Positions 29,975 to 38,663 of a stretch of DNA of 64,000 nucleotides are shown here, one piece after another. Each line of letters begins with the position of its first letter. The stretch's first letter is position 1. A model generated the notes under the pieces. It saw nothing but the letters and a program-made list of their open reading frames with translations. It did no database searches and was not told the DNA's origin. Location of the stretch: the NCBI GenBank assembly GCA_041664265.1, contig JBAYLD010000002.1, positions 35,505 through 99,504 of the forward strand, written 5' to 3'. Position numbers and translations under genes: made by a program. The DNA is from Minisyncoccota bacterium. GTDB taxonomy: Bacteria; Patescibacteriota; Minisyncoccia; Phycocordibacterales; Phycocordibacteraceae.

Positions 29975-31042
29975 ATGAGCAGCGGCACGTACACAGAAGC
30001 TGATATCGAGAGACTCATACCCCCGCGAGTCAGCGTCGATCCTACCGCCGTCACCTGCATCAAACAAGCATGGGCATTCGCACAAAGGGTGCATGCCGGG
30101 CAACGCCGCCGTTCGGGCGAGCCGTATACTGAACACCTTTTTCAAACAACGAAGATGCTTGGCGCGCTCGACATGGGCGCACCGACACTCATCGCAGGTA
30201 TCCTGCACGACACGCTTGAAGACACGCAAACGTGCGAGGCGGATCTCGCCGAAGCCTTTGGGACTGATGTCGCCTTCCTCGTTGCTGGCCTGACAAAATT
30301 GAAGCGGGAGAAATCAAAACAAGGACGGCACGAAGGGACGCCCTATTATGCAAACAATTTGCGCAAGCTCCTTCTCGCAGCAGCACAGGATGTGCGGATC
30401 CTTATCATCAAGCTCTGCGACCGGCTGCACAATATGCAAACGCTCTCTCATATGCCTGCCGAAACACAAAAGCGCGTCTCACTCGAGACGCGCAATGTGT
30501 ATGTGCCGGTTGCTGAACGGCTCGGCATGCATACCATCAAGCGAGAACTTGAGGATCTGGCCTTTGCCTATCTTGAGCCGGACTCGTTTAAAAAGGCTTG
30601 TCGTCTCTTCAAGAAGTGTAAATCGGAACACGAAATAAGCATCATCGAGGCGACCGCCACGCTCCAATTAGAGCAGGCGATACACGCACGCATACCCTTC
30701 CGTATCGAACAGCGAGACAAAGGCATTTGCAGTTTTTATCAGAAACTTGAACGGAAGGAATGGGAACTTTCACAGATAAACGACATCATCACGCTGCAGG
30801 TCATCGTCCCTAACGCCGATGATTGCTATATCATGCTCGGGAAGATTCACGGCCTCTGGCATCCTATTCATGGCAAGTTTAAAGACTATATCGCCTTCCC
30901 CAAGCCAAACGGATTCCAATGTCTGCGTACGACAGTCGGTGCGGAATCGTTGGGTATTCTCGAAATACAGATTTATTCAGACGATATGTATGAACGCGCG
31001 AAGTACGGATTCGCGGTTCTCCTCGCCCGCAACGAATACTAA
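29975..31042 (+). CDS. Short RelA/SpoT homolog: HD hydrolase plus degenerate synthetase domain
   Basis: H.GQ.R.SGEPY..H, LHDTLED, IKLCDRLHN; no TGS or ACT domain. Confidence 0.88.
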   Translation: MSSGTYTEADIERLIPPRVSVDPTAVTCIKQAWAFAQRVHAGQRRRSGEPYTEHLFQTTKMLGALDMGAPTLIAGILHDTLEDTQTCEADLAEAFGTDVAFLVAGLTKLKREKSKQGRHEGTPYYANNLRKLLLAAAQDVRILIIKLCDRLHNMQTLSHMPAETQKRVSLETRNVYVPVAERLGMHTIKRELEDLAFAYLEPDSFKKACRLFKKCKSEHEISIIEATATLQLEQAIHARIPFRIEQRDKGICSFYQKLERKEWELSQINDIITLQVIVPNADDCYIMLGKIHGLWHPIHGKFKDYIAFPKPNGFQCLRTTVGAESLGILEIQIYSDDMYERAKYGFAVLLARNEY

Positions 31043-31046
31043 CGTT

Positions 31047-31170
31047 TCAGCTCGTGGGCAACTCAACAAAGAAGGTTGACCCCTTATCTCTCCCCTCTGA
31101 CTCGGCGCGGATCGTGCCGCCATGCGCCTCGGCGATCTGCTTCGCGATATAGAGGCCGTCATCGCGAGCG
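31047..31170 (-). pseudogene. Fragment of histidine kinase 3' end
   Basis: [35 protein letters not shown] matches the C-terminus of 32072..33727. Confidence 0.75.
31063..31159. repeat. 97-bp direct repeat, copy 1
   Basis: 96/97 identical to 32088..32184. Confidence 0.95.
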
Positions 31171-31216
31171 CCGAGAGATGCTTTATGCTCATAGTATATG
31201 CTATATTTCCGCATAT

Positions 31217-31771
31217 ATGACTGAAGTTCTGTTCGCAATTGGCATGTCTATTATCTTTATATTCAGTCTCTTCGCTTTATTGTTTACGCTTTTGAGACTC
31301 AGAGATTCTCTTTTTGTAGAAATCCCATTTATTTCAACACGAAGACGGGCTGTTGAATCAGTGGTAAACGCTCTTTCTCTCTCAGACAAATCAGTACTTT
31401 ATGATCTTGGCTGTGGCAATGCCGAGGTTCTTAAAACGGCAATACAAAAAACGCCTAGAGCGCGGGGTGTTGGTATTGAACAAGGCTATATTCCTTTCAT
31501 TCTTTCAAAGGTCAAAACGAGAAAAATGCCAATTATTATTCACCACCAAGACATATTTGATACTGACCTATCCAATGCGTCGCACATTTATTGCTATTTG
31601 TCAGATTCAATGATGCAAAAACTATCGCACAAGTTTTTGCATGAATGTAAGAAAGGAGCGCGTATCGTTTCTTGCGATTTTCAGGTACCCAACATACCAC
31701 TAATTCAAACTATTTCGTTAGAAGCCAAGAATGATACACTGGCCCGTTCTCTATACATTTATCAGATATAA
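31217..31771 (+). CDS. Membrane-anchored class I SAM methyltransferase
   Basis: N-terminal TM helix; [26 protein letters not shown]. Confidence 0.82.
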   Translation: MTEVLFAIGMSIIFIFSLFALLFTLLRLRDSLFVEIPFISTRRRAVESVVNALSLSDKSVLYDLGCGNAEVLKTAIQKTPRARGVGIEQGYIPFILSKVKTRKMPIIIHHQDIFDTDLSNASHIYCYLSDSMMQKLSHKFLHECKKGARIVSCDFQVPNIPLIQTISLEAKNDTLARSLYIYQI

Positions 31772-31813
31772 AGTAACAGCCACACTTGGTTGCGTGTGGC
31801 TGTTAATGAGCTG

Positions 31814-31987
31814 TTATTCACTATCTACATAACCTATGTTTTTCATGTGTCTACCCTCACATGCAGGACATATCCCACCGTCTGGGTCACATTCCTCGCA
31901 ATGAACACAGCCACAATCCCTGCACACCCAAATCCTCGCACTATCTTCGTTATTGCCACACCTTGGACACCGATCGAATGTCGCCAT
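31814..31987 (-). CDS. Small Cys-rich putative zinc-binding protein (57 aa)
   Basis: CPRC...CRDC...CEEC...CPAC; GGAGG SD; upstream TATACT. Confidence 0.65.
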   Translation of the reverse strand: MATFDRCPRCGNNEDSARIWVCRDCGCVHCEECDPDGGICPACEGRHMKNIGYVDSE

Positions 31988-32071
31988 TTTCTTTCCTCCC
32001 ATTTCAAAATTGTTAAAACAACACACAAACCCTCTAACACTATCTACTTACAGTATAACATGTCCGCCCTG

Positions 32072-33727
32072 TTATACAACAGGAAATTCAACAAAGAAGG
32101 TTGAGCCCTTATCTCTCCCCTCTGACTCGGCGCGGATCGTGCCGCCATGCGCCTCGGCGATCTGCTTCGCGATATAGAGGCCGTAGCCCGTAGAGTGGAC
32201 GTTTACCCGCTGCGAATCCTTACCGTGCCCGCCCTCGGTGAAGAGGTGCTTCTTGTCGTCTTCATCGATCCCGATGCCGGTATCCTTCACCGCAAACACA
32301 AGCTTGCCGTCATCGCGCTTGAGTGAGACGGCGATAGAGCCTGACGACGTGTAATTGATCGAGTTGTCAATAATATTGCGTAGCACGTGGTCGCTCAACT
32401 GCGCTTTATCCCCCGTCATCTGATACGAAGCACCATCGGCAACAAACGTGAGTGTGAGTCCCTTCCGCTCTGCGGCCGCCCTCGCCTTCTCGACTGCCTC
32501 TCTCGCGAGCGCTTCCAGATCAAACGGCTCCTTCACATACGTCACAGCGCCCTTCTTCAAGTTTGACGCTTTGAGGATGTTGGACACCGAATCAGCGCCC
32601 TGGCGCGACTCGATGAGTGCTTGATCCACAAATGGCTTCATCCCGTCTGGCGGCGTGCCAAAATCTCCCTGCGAGATCGCGGCGAACGCTCCCGCATCCT
32701 TCGTCAAGAATCCCTTAACCTCGTGCCCAATGAAGTGCAGCAGCCCCTCCTGTCGCTCGTTGGTGTCTTGGAGCTCTTCTGCAAGCTTTTGGATCTTCTC
32801 ACGCTGAGCAATCTCGCGCTTAACACCGCGCACCAACAAAATGCCGGCGATAAGCACGAAAATGAGGGTTACCGAGGTGATAATTCGAACATCCTCAACC
32901 GTGCGTATAAAGAGGAGTGAGAGTACCGAGAGCCAGAACGCTGCCACTAATGCTTGTGCGCCAATCAAGCGCACGTTGAAAGCTCGATACTGCACGATAA
33001 GGTAGGCGAGGAACGCAACAAATACAGGCGCCCCGAAGAGTCCGTATCTTCCTATAGACCAATCTTGAGAGAACACTTCGACAATGTTCCCGATAGAAAA
33101 ACTGAGTAAAAATAAAACGATACCGACCGCGAGCAGAGCAGTTCGCTTTTTTACTACAGATTCTTTTGCCTTTATTAAGACAAAGATGGCGAAACCGATA
33201 ATGAGCAGCGTATATAGAATTTCTATTGCGTATCCGTACGTTGCAAGTATTCCTTCAGAGGCCGCGCGATCACAATTCGATATGTCATATCCCAACAAAC
33301 CAAGTCTCGTTGAAGCGAAAACAAATGTCGGTAAAAGTGGGAAGAGAAAAAGAATCTTTTGTAAGACTGAAAGATCTTTTTTAAAGACATATACATAAAA
33401 GAAGTAGAACGAGAAGAAATATACGAGTGGTTCACACACTATCTCCAGAGCCCAAAAGAACATTGTGTAAGAAGGAAATTCCGTCGCCCAAAGTACCAAG
33501 TCACTAAAAACCCAGAGCGAAAAGAAGATTGAGGTAAGCAATAGAAGGATACTCGAAAATTCCTTCCGGCCATAGATAAAGATAAAGAGCGCGATTAGTA
33601 GTGTCGGGATGATCGAACCAAGGTGTGAGTAATAAATAAAAGACTCAAAGACGTTGTCCGAAAATACGAGAAATTGGGATGGCGCCCATTCGCACGCTTG
33701 TATGAGGTTGAAGACTTCGGGTGTCAT
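32072..33727 (-). CDS. Membrane sensor histidine kinase (multi-TM N-terminus)
   Basis: HEVK H-box, NIIDNSINY, DTGIG, GYGLYI. Confidence 0.9.
   Translation of the reverse strand: MTPEVFNLIQACEWAPSQFLVFSDNVFESFIYYSHLGSIIPTLLIALFIFIYGRKEFSSILLLLTSIFFSLWVFSDLVLWATEFPSYTMFFWALEIVCEPLVYFFSFYFFYVYVFKKDLSVLQKILFLFPLLPTFVFASTRLGLLGYDISNCDRAASEGILATYGYAIEILYTLLIIGFAIFVLIKAKESVVKKRTALLAVGIVLFLLSFSIGNIVEVFSQDWSIGRYGLFGAPVFVAFLAYLIVQYRAFNVRLIGAQALVAAFWLSVLSLLFIRTVEDVRIITSVTLIFVLIAGILLVRGVKREIAQREKIQKLAEELQDTNERQEGLLHFIGHEVKGFLTKDAGAFAAISQGDFGTPPDGMKPFVDQALIESRQGADSVSNILKASNLKKGAVTYVKEPFDLEALAREAVEKARAAAERKGLTLTFVADGASYQMTGDKAQLSDHVLRNIIDNSINYTSSGSIAVSLKRDDGKLVFAVKDTGIGIDEDDKKHLFTEGGHGKDSQRVNVHSTGYGLYIAKQIAEAHGGTIRAESEGRDKGSTFFVEFPVV
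32088..32184. repeat. 97-bp direct repeat, copy 2 (within kinase 3' end)
   Basis: 96/97 identical to 31063..31159. Confidence 0.95.
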
Positions 33728-33894
33728 AGTTGGGAGTATGCAGAAGGATCAAACTGGTCAGGAATCTCATCTTCAGTCTGAAAATAGGTGAAATCCTGCC
33801 GCACCATATATCGGTAATAAGCCGCACCAACAGAGAGCCCTACAAGCACAAAAAGAACCACTGTGTAGATAATGCTCGATCTGCCTATTTGCAT
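33724..33894 (-). CDS. Small single-TM protein (56 aa), absent from the ORF track
   Basis: MQIGRSSIIYTVVLFVLVGLSVGAAYYRYMVRQDF...; TGA overlaps the kinase ATG; TGGTATACT 9 nt upstream. Confidence 0.65.
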   Translation of the reverse strand: MQIGRSSIIYTVVLFVLVGLSVGAAYYRYMVRQDFTYFQTEDEIPDQFDPSAYSQL

Positions 33895-33927
33895 ATGCTA
33901 ATTAGTATACCACTACAGAAAAGTAAA

Positions 33928-33959
33928 GGGCCCAGCAAGTTTTACAACTTGCCAGGCCC
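33928..33959 (-). terminator. Intrinsic terminator of Hsp70-like gene
   Basis: GGGCCTGGCAAGTT...AACTTGCTGGGCCC followed by a T-rich tract. Confidence 0.7.
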
Positions 33960-33979
33960 CATTTCAACATTTCGCAGTT

Positions 33980-35260
33980 TTAGTATCTCGAGGCACTCAG
34001 TCCGAGGCCGTAGGCTACGCTTGTGAATGCATCGATTGAAAGAAGCTTCTCCTCTCCGAATCGGCTTGAAAAGATCTTGCGGATTCTCGGTATGAACGAG
34101 GACCCGCCGGTTAAAAGAACTGAATCAATGTCTGATGCAGAAACCCCAGAGCGAGAGAGCACATCATCCACGCACTCCTCGATCTTTTGGAATTTGTCTT
34201 CCGCCAGCGTCTCGAACTCCTCCCGCGTAATTGTTTCGTGAATCTCTATACCTCTTTCGCAAAAATCGATGACTGACGAACTTTCGTTGGATAATTCGCA
34301 TTTCGCCTTCTCGATAACACGGAATAACTTGTACCCGAGATTCTCTACAACGAGAGTACGGAGATTTTCCAAGGCACGCTGGTCCTCCACACCAACTCCG
34401 GGGAGAGACCGCATGAATTGGAGTGTCTTTCGATCGCGAAGCAGTGGAATCCTATGCCACTGACATAGGGTATGCGGAATCCACGATGGGAAATCGAGAA
34501 TCTGACCCCCGGGCATCGGATTCAGAGTTCGTACCCCTCTGCCAAAATGCTTTGCCAACTTCTCCCACATAATGGAAGCATCTAAGGCATCGCCCGCAAC
34601 ATAAACACCGCCTGTGGCGAGAATGTCACTTTTCCGATTCTCATTCGGATCATGTTTCCCCCCACGAAGTCGCATTACTACGAAATCGGACGTTCCTCCC
34701 CCAAAATCACCCATGAGCACTAGTTTCTCTTCTCCCTCTCGAAGATGTGATTCATGCGCCATGGTCGCCGCAATCGGTTCATACATGAAGTGAACATTGG
34801 TAAATCCGGATCGTAATACTGCATCCCTCAACCTTTCTTCGGCAAGGAGATCTAATTCCTTATCCTCAGAAAAGACAACCGGGCGTCCAATAATGACCGT
34901 ATCCACTACATGTCCAGCATGAAGCTCTCCGCGATGTTTAACAGCCTTCAGAATCAGAGCAATTAAGTCTTCAATCTGGTAGCGCTTGCCAAAAACATAC
35001 GTCTCGACAAAACTTCTGTCTGGCAAGAATGCCTTAATAGACTGCATGAAGCGTCCATACGTCCCACCATAGTCTAAATACTGATCTATGGCGTCCTGTC
35101 CGATACTGATGCTGTTCTCCTCATCGAAGAAAAGCACCGACTTGAGAGATTCTCTAGAACTACTGGTTGGATCAATGTCTACTATCTCCACATTCCCATC
35201 TTGCGCAATGGCAAGTATGGAATTTGTGGTTCCGAAATCAAGACCAAAGGTTATACTCAT
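33980..35260 (-). CDS. Hsp70-family protein, YegD-like
   Basis: GLDFGTTNS, GRPVVF, EPIAA, DFGGGTSDF, TGGSS, FTSVAYGL. Confidence 0.88.
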   Translation of the reverse strand: MSITFGLDFGTTNSILAIAQDGNVEIVDIDPTSSSRESLKSVLFFDEENSISIGQDAIDQYLDYGGTYGRFMQSIKAFLPDRSFVETYVFGKRYQIEDLIALILKAVKHRGELHAGHVVDTVIIGRPVVFSEDKELDLLAEERLRDAVLRSGFTNVHFMYEPIAATMAHESHLREGEEKLVLMGDFGGGTSDFVVMRLRGGKHDPNENRKSDILATGGVYVAGDALDASIMWEKLAKHFGRGVRTLNPMPGGQILDFPSWIPHTLCQWHRIPLLRDRKTLQFMRSLPGVGVEDQRALENLRTLVVENLGYKLFRVIEKAKCELSNESSSVIDFCERGIEIHETITREEFETLAEDKFQKIEECVDDVLSRSGVSASDIDSVLLTGGSSFIPRIRKIFSSRFGEEKLLSIDAFTSVAYGLGLSASRY

Positions 35261-35332
35261 TCCATTCTCCTTTCTTTTACGTTATTGAGTTATTCAAGGT
35301 TCAATTGTCCTGTCCTCACTGCATCCAAAGAG

Positions 35333-35399
35333 AGCGTATCATAGAATGTGCATGTTGGCAAGACCCGTCCTTGCGTATCAAATATAAATATGGTATAAA
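35333..35399. promoter_or_regulatory. Divergent sigma70 promoters
   Basis: Minus strand TTGCCA-N17-TACGCT (35361-35333); plus strand TTGCGT-N17-TATAAA (35371-35399). Confidence 0.55.
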
Positions 35400-35415
35400 C
35401 TATACAGTCTAGTTC

Positions 35416-35426
35416 GTTCTTTGAAA
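35416..35426 (+). promoter_or_regulatory. boxA-like element
   Basis: GTTCTTTGAAA in the leader of the B12-rSAM operon. Confidence 0.45.
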
Positions 35427-35466
35427 GCCCAATAAACGTCAAATAAAATTAGGGAAGGAGTCAGCA

Positions 35467-37026
35467 ATGTCAGCAAAAACAATAGCACTGGTTACACCGC
35501 GCACCTTGTCACACCGAACCGCCGAAGAAACCCTGGCCCTGGGATATCTTGCCAGCGTCTTACGTGAAAACGGCTATTTGGTCACTATCGTGGATGGCTG
35601 GCTTCGCGGCATCAGCTCGTCTGAAATCGTCAACATCATCGCCAAAGATGTCCCGGACATCATCTGCATGTCCAGCTACCGTTCGAACCTCGAACAAGCA
35701 AAGGAACTTCTTGGAGCCATAACCGGAAGATTTGGGAACATCCCCACAATATGTGGCGGATATGGCCCAACCTTCCATGACAAAGATTTCTTAGACGCTG
35801 GATTCTCCGTGGTTGTTCGTGGTGAAGCGGAGCACATGATTGTGTCTCTTATTGACGAAATTGTATCGCACCGCAGTTTGTCCAGTGTCCCTGGAATTAC
35901 CTTCAATAATTGCAATGCCACAATTCGCACAAAACGCGTCGAGTCGATTCGAAACATCGACTCAATACCGTTCCCTGCACGCGATGAAATCGGATTTGCA
36001 ATCAAAAGGAAAAACCCAGTCCACGTTTGTACCTCTCGTGGTTGCGAAGCTCATTGTTCATTCTGTTCAATCTTTGCATTCGCGAGTGGTGCTTCTAAAA
36101 TGCACCGCTGGCGAGGGAGAGTAGTTCAGAACATCATTGATGAACTTCGCTACTTGTACGAGGAATTCGGCGTCACCCATATTAAATTTGTGGATGACAG
36201 TTTTCTCGAACCCCCACGAGATAGTCACTGGGTTGCTGAGTTCGTGGAGGCATTGTTGAGACATAATCTACCGTTGCGTTTTAGAACGCAGGTTCGTGCC
36301 GACAGACTCAACGATGATATCGTTAGAGGTTTGAAACAGGCCGGATGGTTCGCGACAAGTGTCGGGATAGAGAATGCCTCAGCATCCGCTCTCAAGCGAA
36401 TGGGGAAAACATCCTCGTCAGAGGATAATTGGAAGGCTCTGGAATTGCTACGCCGACACGGGATCTATGTGCAGATGGGAATGATTCTCTTTGACGATGC
36501 AACAACTATCGACGAACTTGAGACAAATTACCGCTTTCTTGTGCATCACGATTGGGTTGTCACAAAAGGGATCTTCTCGGAGATGTTTGCTGCGACGGGA
36601 ACGCTCTACACCGAGAGATTGTCTCGCGACGGACTTCTTGTGACCAACAAAGAACAAAACCACAGTTACCTAGTGAGGGACATTCGAGCAATGCGTGTGT
36701 ATCAAATGCTTAAGGCATGGCACAAATCACACGCGAGTCTTTATGACTGGGTCATTGACCCAATCACGGCTCCCAAGGTATTGCCGGATGAGGGTTATGT
36801 CTGTGTTCATGAAATCTGTAAGGAAATTATTACCTGTGACACACAAATGTTCCGCCGCGTTCTCGACCACGTGACATCTAGTGCGCCTGAAAGTGACGTT
36901 GATGTTGTAACATCCGCAATAACTGAGCAATCCCGTTTCTACGCTTGCATACAGTCGCAGATACAAGAGATTTACGATTGTTATGATCTCGTGTATGACG
37001 GGGTTCCAAACCAGTTCCTAAATTGA
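35467..37026 (+). CDS. Cobalamin-binding radical SAM enzyme (class B methyltransferase-like)
   Basis: LALGYLAS and GGYGPT B12 domain, GEAE, TSRGCEAHCSFC, FVDDSF, GIEN. Confidence 0.92.
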   Translation: MSAKTIALVTPRTLSHRTAEETLALGYLASVLRENGYLVTIVDGWLRGISSSEIVNIIAKDVPDIICMSSYRSNLEQAKELLGAITGRFGNIPTICGGYGPTFHDKDFLDAGFSVVVRGEAEHMIVSLIDEIVSHRSLSSVPGITFNNCNATIRTKRVESIRNIDSIPFPARDEIGFAIKRKNPVHVCTSRGCEAHCSFCSIFAFASGASKMHRWRGRVVQNIIDELRYLYEEFGVTHIKFVDDSFLEPPRDSHWVAEFVEALLRHNLPLRFRTQVRADRLNDDIVRGLKQAGWFATSVGIENASASALKRMGKTSSSEDNWKALELLRRHGIYVQMGMILFDDATTIDELETNYRFLVHHDWVVTKGIFSEMFAATGTLYTERLSRDGLLVTNKEQNHSYLVRDIRAMRVYQMLKAWHKSHASLYDWVIDPITAPKVLPDEGYVCVHEICKEIITCDTQMFRRVLDHVTSSAPESDVDVVTSAITEQSRFYACIQSQIQEIYDCYDLVYDGVPNQFLN

Positions 37027-37039
37027 AGGAGGTATTGAA

Positions 37040-38176
37040 GTGAAAATAGAAAATATAGGATGGACACTCGGAAACGATTGTCCATATAGATGTATACATT
37101 GTTACTCAACCATTGTCCGAAACAAGGGACGGAATCTGACGGTGCGGGACATCGAACGTATTGTCGGGCAAATTGCCTCTGTGAACGTGCGAACGGTAAA
37201 CCTTGGAGGAAATGAGCCAATCTTCACGAACGGCCTTAGCCTGAAAGACACCCTCCTGCCACACGTCGTCCGGTCTCTGTATGACGCGCACGTCATGGTT
37301 GGCCTCACGACGGCAGGAATTAGTTTGAACCATTTGGAACGGTTCTACCCAGAATCACTCTCGTTCCTTAACGACGTGGATGTTAGCCTAGATAGCCCCT
37401 TCTTCGAAGAGCATAACGCTAATCGTGGGGCACTACTCTTCAACCATGCACTCAAGGCATTGAGGATTTGTAACGAGTACGGAATCAACAAAACGATCGT
37501 GATGTGCGGAATGAATTGGAATTTGAGCAATCGACACATTGATGAACTAGTTCGGCTAGCGCGAAAATTTCGTGCTTTCATCAGAATAAATTTCATCAAG
37601 CCGACCGAGCCAGAACACATGGAGAAAGTACCTGACGCTACGACATATTACCGTGCGACAAACCGACTGCTCTCACAGTGCCATTCAGTCGAGATAGATG
37701 AGCCTTTGATTGCAGTCGCCGCAAATCTGCCTCACAAGAAGGGCTGTCCGTGTGGTTCGAAATCATTTCGGATTCACTCGATTACCCCTGACGGTACTGT
37801 GCCAGTTAGTCCATGCGTATTCGCGCATGATTACAAGGTCGGTGACATTCTTGTTGACGAACTCATCGATATTGTCGCTTTCGAGCAGTTCCGAGCTTTC
37901 ATTGACCGGTGTGCGAAACCAAGTTCCATCGAAGGGTGCCAGGACTGCCAGCACATTGAAACCTGCCGTGGGGGATGTGCGTCTCGCGCTTACCTCACCG
38001 AGAAGTTCAAAACTGGTAAAATTAATCTTCTTGTGCGTGACCCATATTGTATTCGGGATATGGAAAAAAATGGTTCGAAAAAGCCAACGATCAATAGTGT
38101 CGAGGAATTGTCACAACAAGGACTAACACTCGTGCATCGAGACTATCTTTGTACCATTATCGCAAAACCGAAATAG
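37040..38176 (+). CDS. Radical SAM/SPASM domain protein
   Basis: CPYRCIHC, GGNEP; SPASM CPCG...PC...CQDC.....CRGGC...DPYC. Confidence 0.92.
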   Translation: MKIENIGWTLGNDCPYRCIHCYSTIVRNKGRNLTVRDIERIVGQIASVNVRTVNLGGNEPIFTNGLSLKDTLLPHVVRSLYDAHVMVGLTTAGISLNHLERFYPESLSFLNDVDVSLDSPFFEEHNANRGALLFNHALKALRICNEYGINKTIVMCGMNWNLSNRHIDELVRLARKFRAFIRINFIKPTEPEHMEKVPDATTYYRATNRLLSQCHSVEIDEPLIAVAANLPHKKGCPCGSKSFRIHSITPDGTVPVSPCVFAHDYKVGDILVDELIDIVAFEQFRAFIDRCAKPSSIEGCQDCQHIETCRGGCASRAYLTEKFKTGKINLLVRDPYCIRDMEKNGSKKPTINSVEELSQQGLTLVHRDYLCTIIAKPK

Positions 38177-38198
38177 CTCATTGGTTCTTACATCAAAA

Positions 38199-38234
38199 AG
38201 GTTAGGCAATGTTATATGTTGCCTAGCCTTTTTT
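38199..38234 (+). terminator. Intrinsic terminator
   Basis: AGGTTAGGCAA...TTGCCTAGCCT followed by TTTTT. Confidence 0.72.
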
Positions 38235-38282
38235 GTTTGTGATAATATGAATTCAGTTTATTTAGAATTAATTAATGAAAAT

Positions 38283-38663
38283 ATGCAGGATGATACAGTT
38301 AAGTCGACTGACTACGCTACAAAATTTATCGGCAGTGAAGTGGAAATAAAGATTGATCGCGCACTTCACTCAAAGCACCCTAAGTACGACTGGTCCTATG
38401 AGTTAAACTATGGCTTCGTTCCTGGCACGGCTTCCCCAGACGGCGAAGAGATTGACGCTTATCTACTTGGAGTAAATGAACCAGTGGAATCCTATAAAGG
38501 GAAATGCATCGCTGTTATTCATCGCCTTAACGATAATGATGACAAGCTCGTAGTTATCCCGACGACCATGGATAACGTGAGTGACGAAGATATTCAGAAG
38601 GCAACGAATTTCCAAGAACAGTTTTTCAAGTCTGAAATTACTCGTGGGTCTGAGAAGAAGTAG
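38283..38663 (+). CDS. Small family-I inorganic pyrophosphatase-like protein
   Basis: IDR...HP...Y.LNYGFVPGT..PDGEEIDAY...DDKLV. Confidence 0.8.
   Translation: MQDDTVKSTDYATKFIGSEVEIKIDRALHSKHPKYDWSYELNYGFVPGTASPDGEEIDAYLLGVNEPVESYKGKCIAVIHRLNDNDDKLVVIPTTMDNVSDEDIQKATNFQEQFFKSEITRGSEKK

Noticed and set aside
31063-32184. 97-bp repeat pair as a DGR template/variable repeat
   Set aside because: Only one internal mismatch, the flank differences are not adenine-specific, and there is no reverse transcriptase in the window.
28984-38176. Calling one of the radical SAM proteins a prokaryotic viperin
   Set aside because: They carry B12 or SPASM/twitch domains and lack viperin-like motifs that I could recognise; only the kinase adjacency is analogous.
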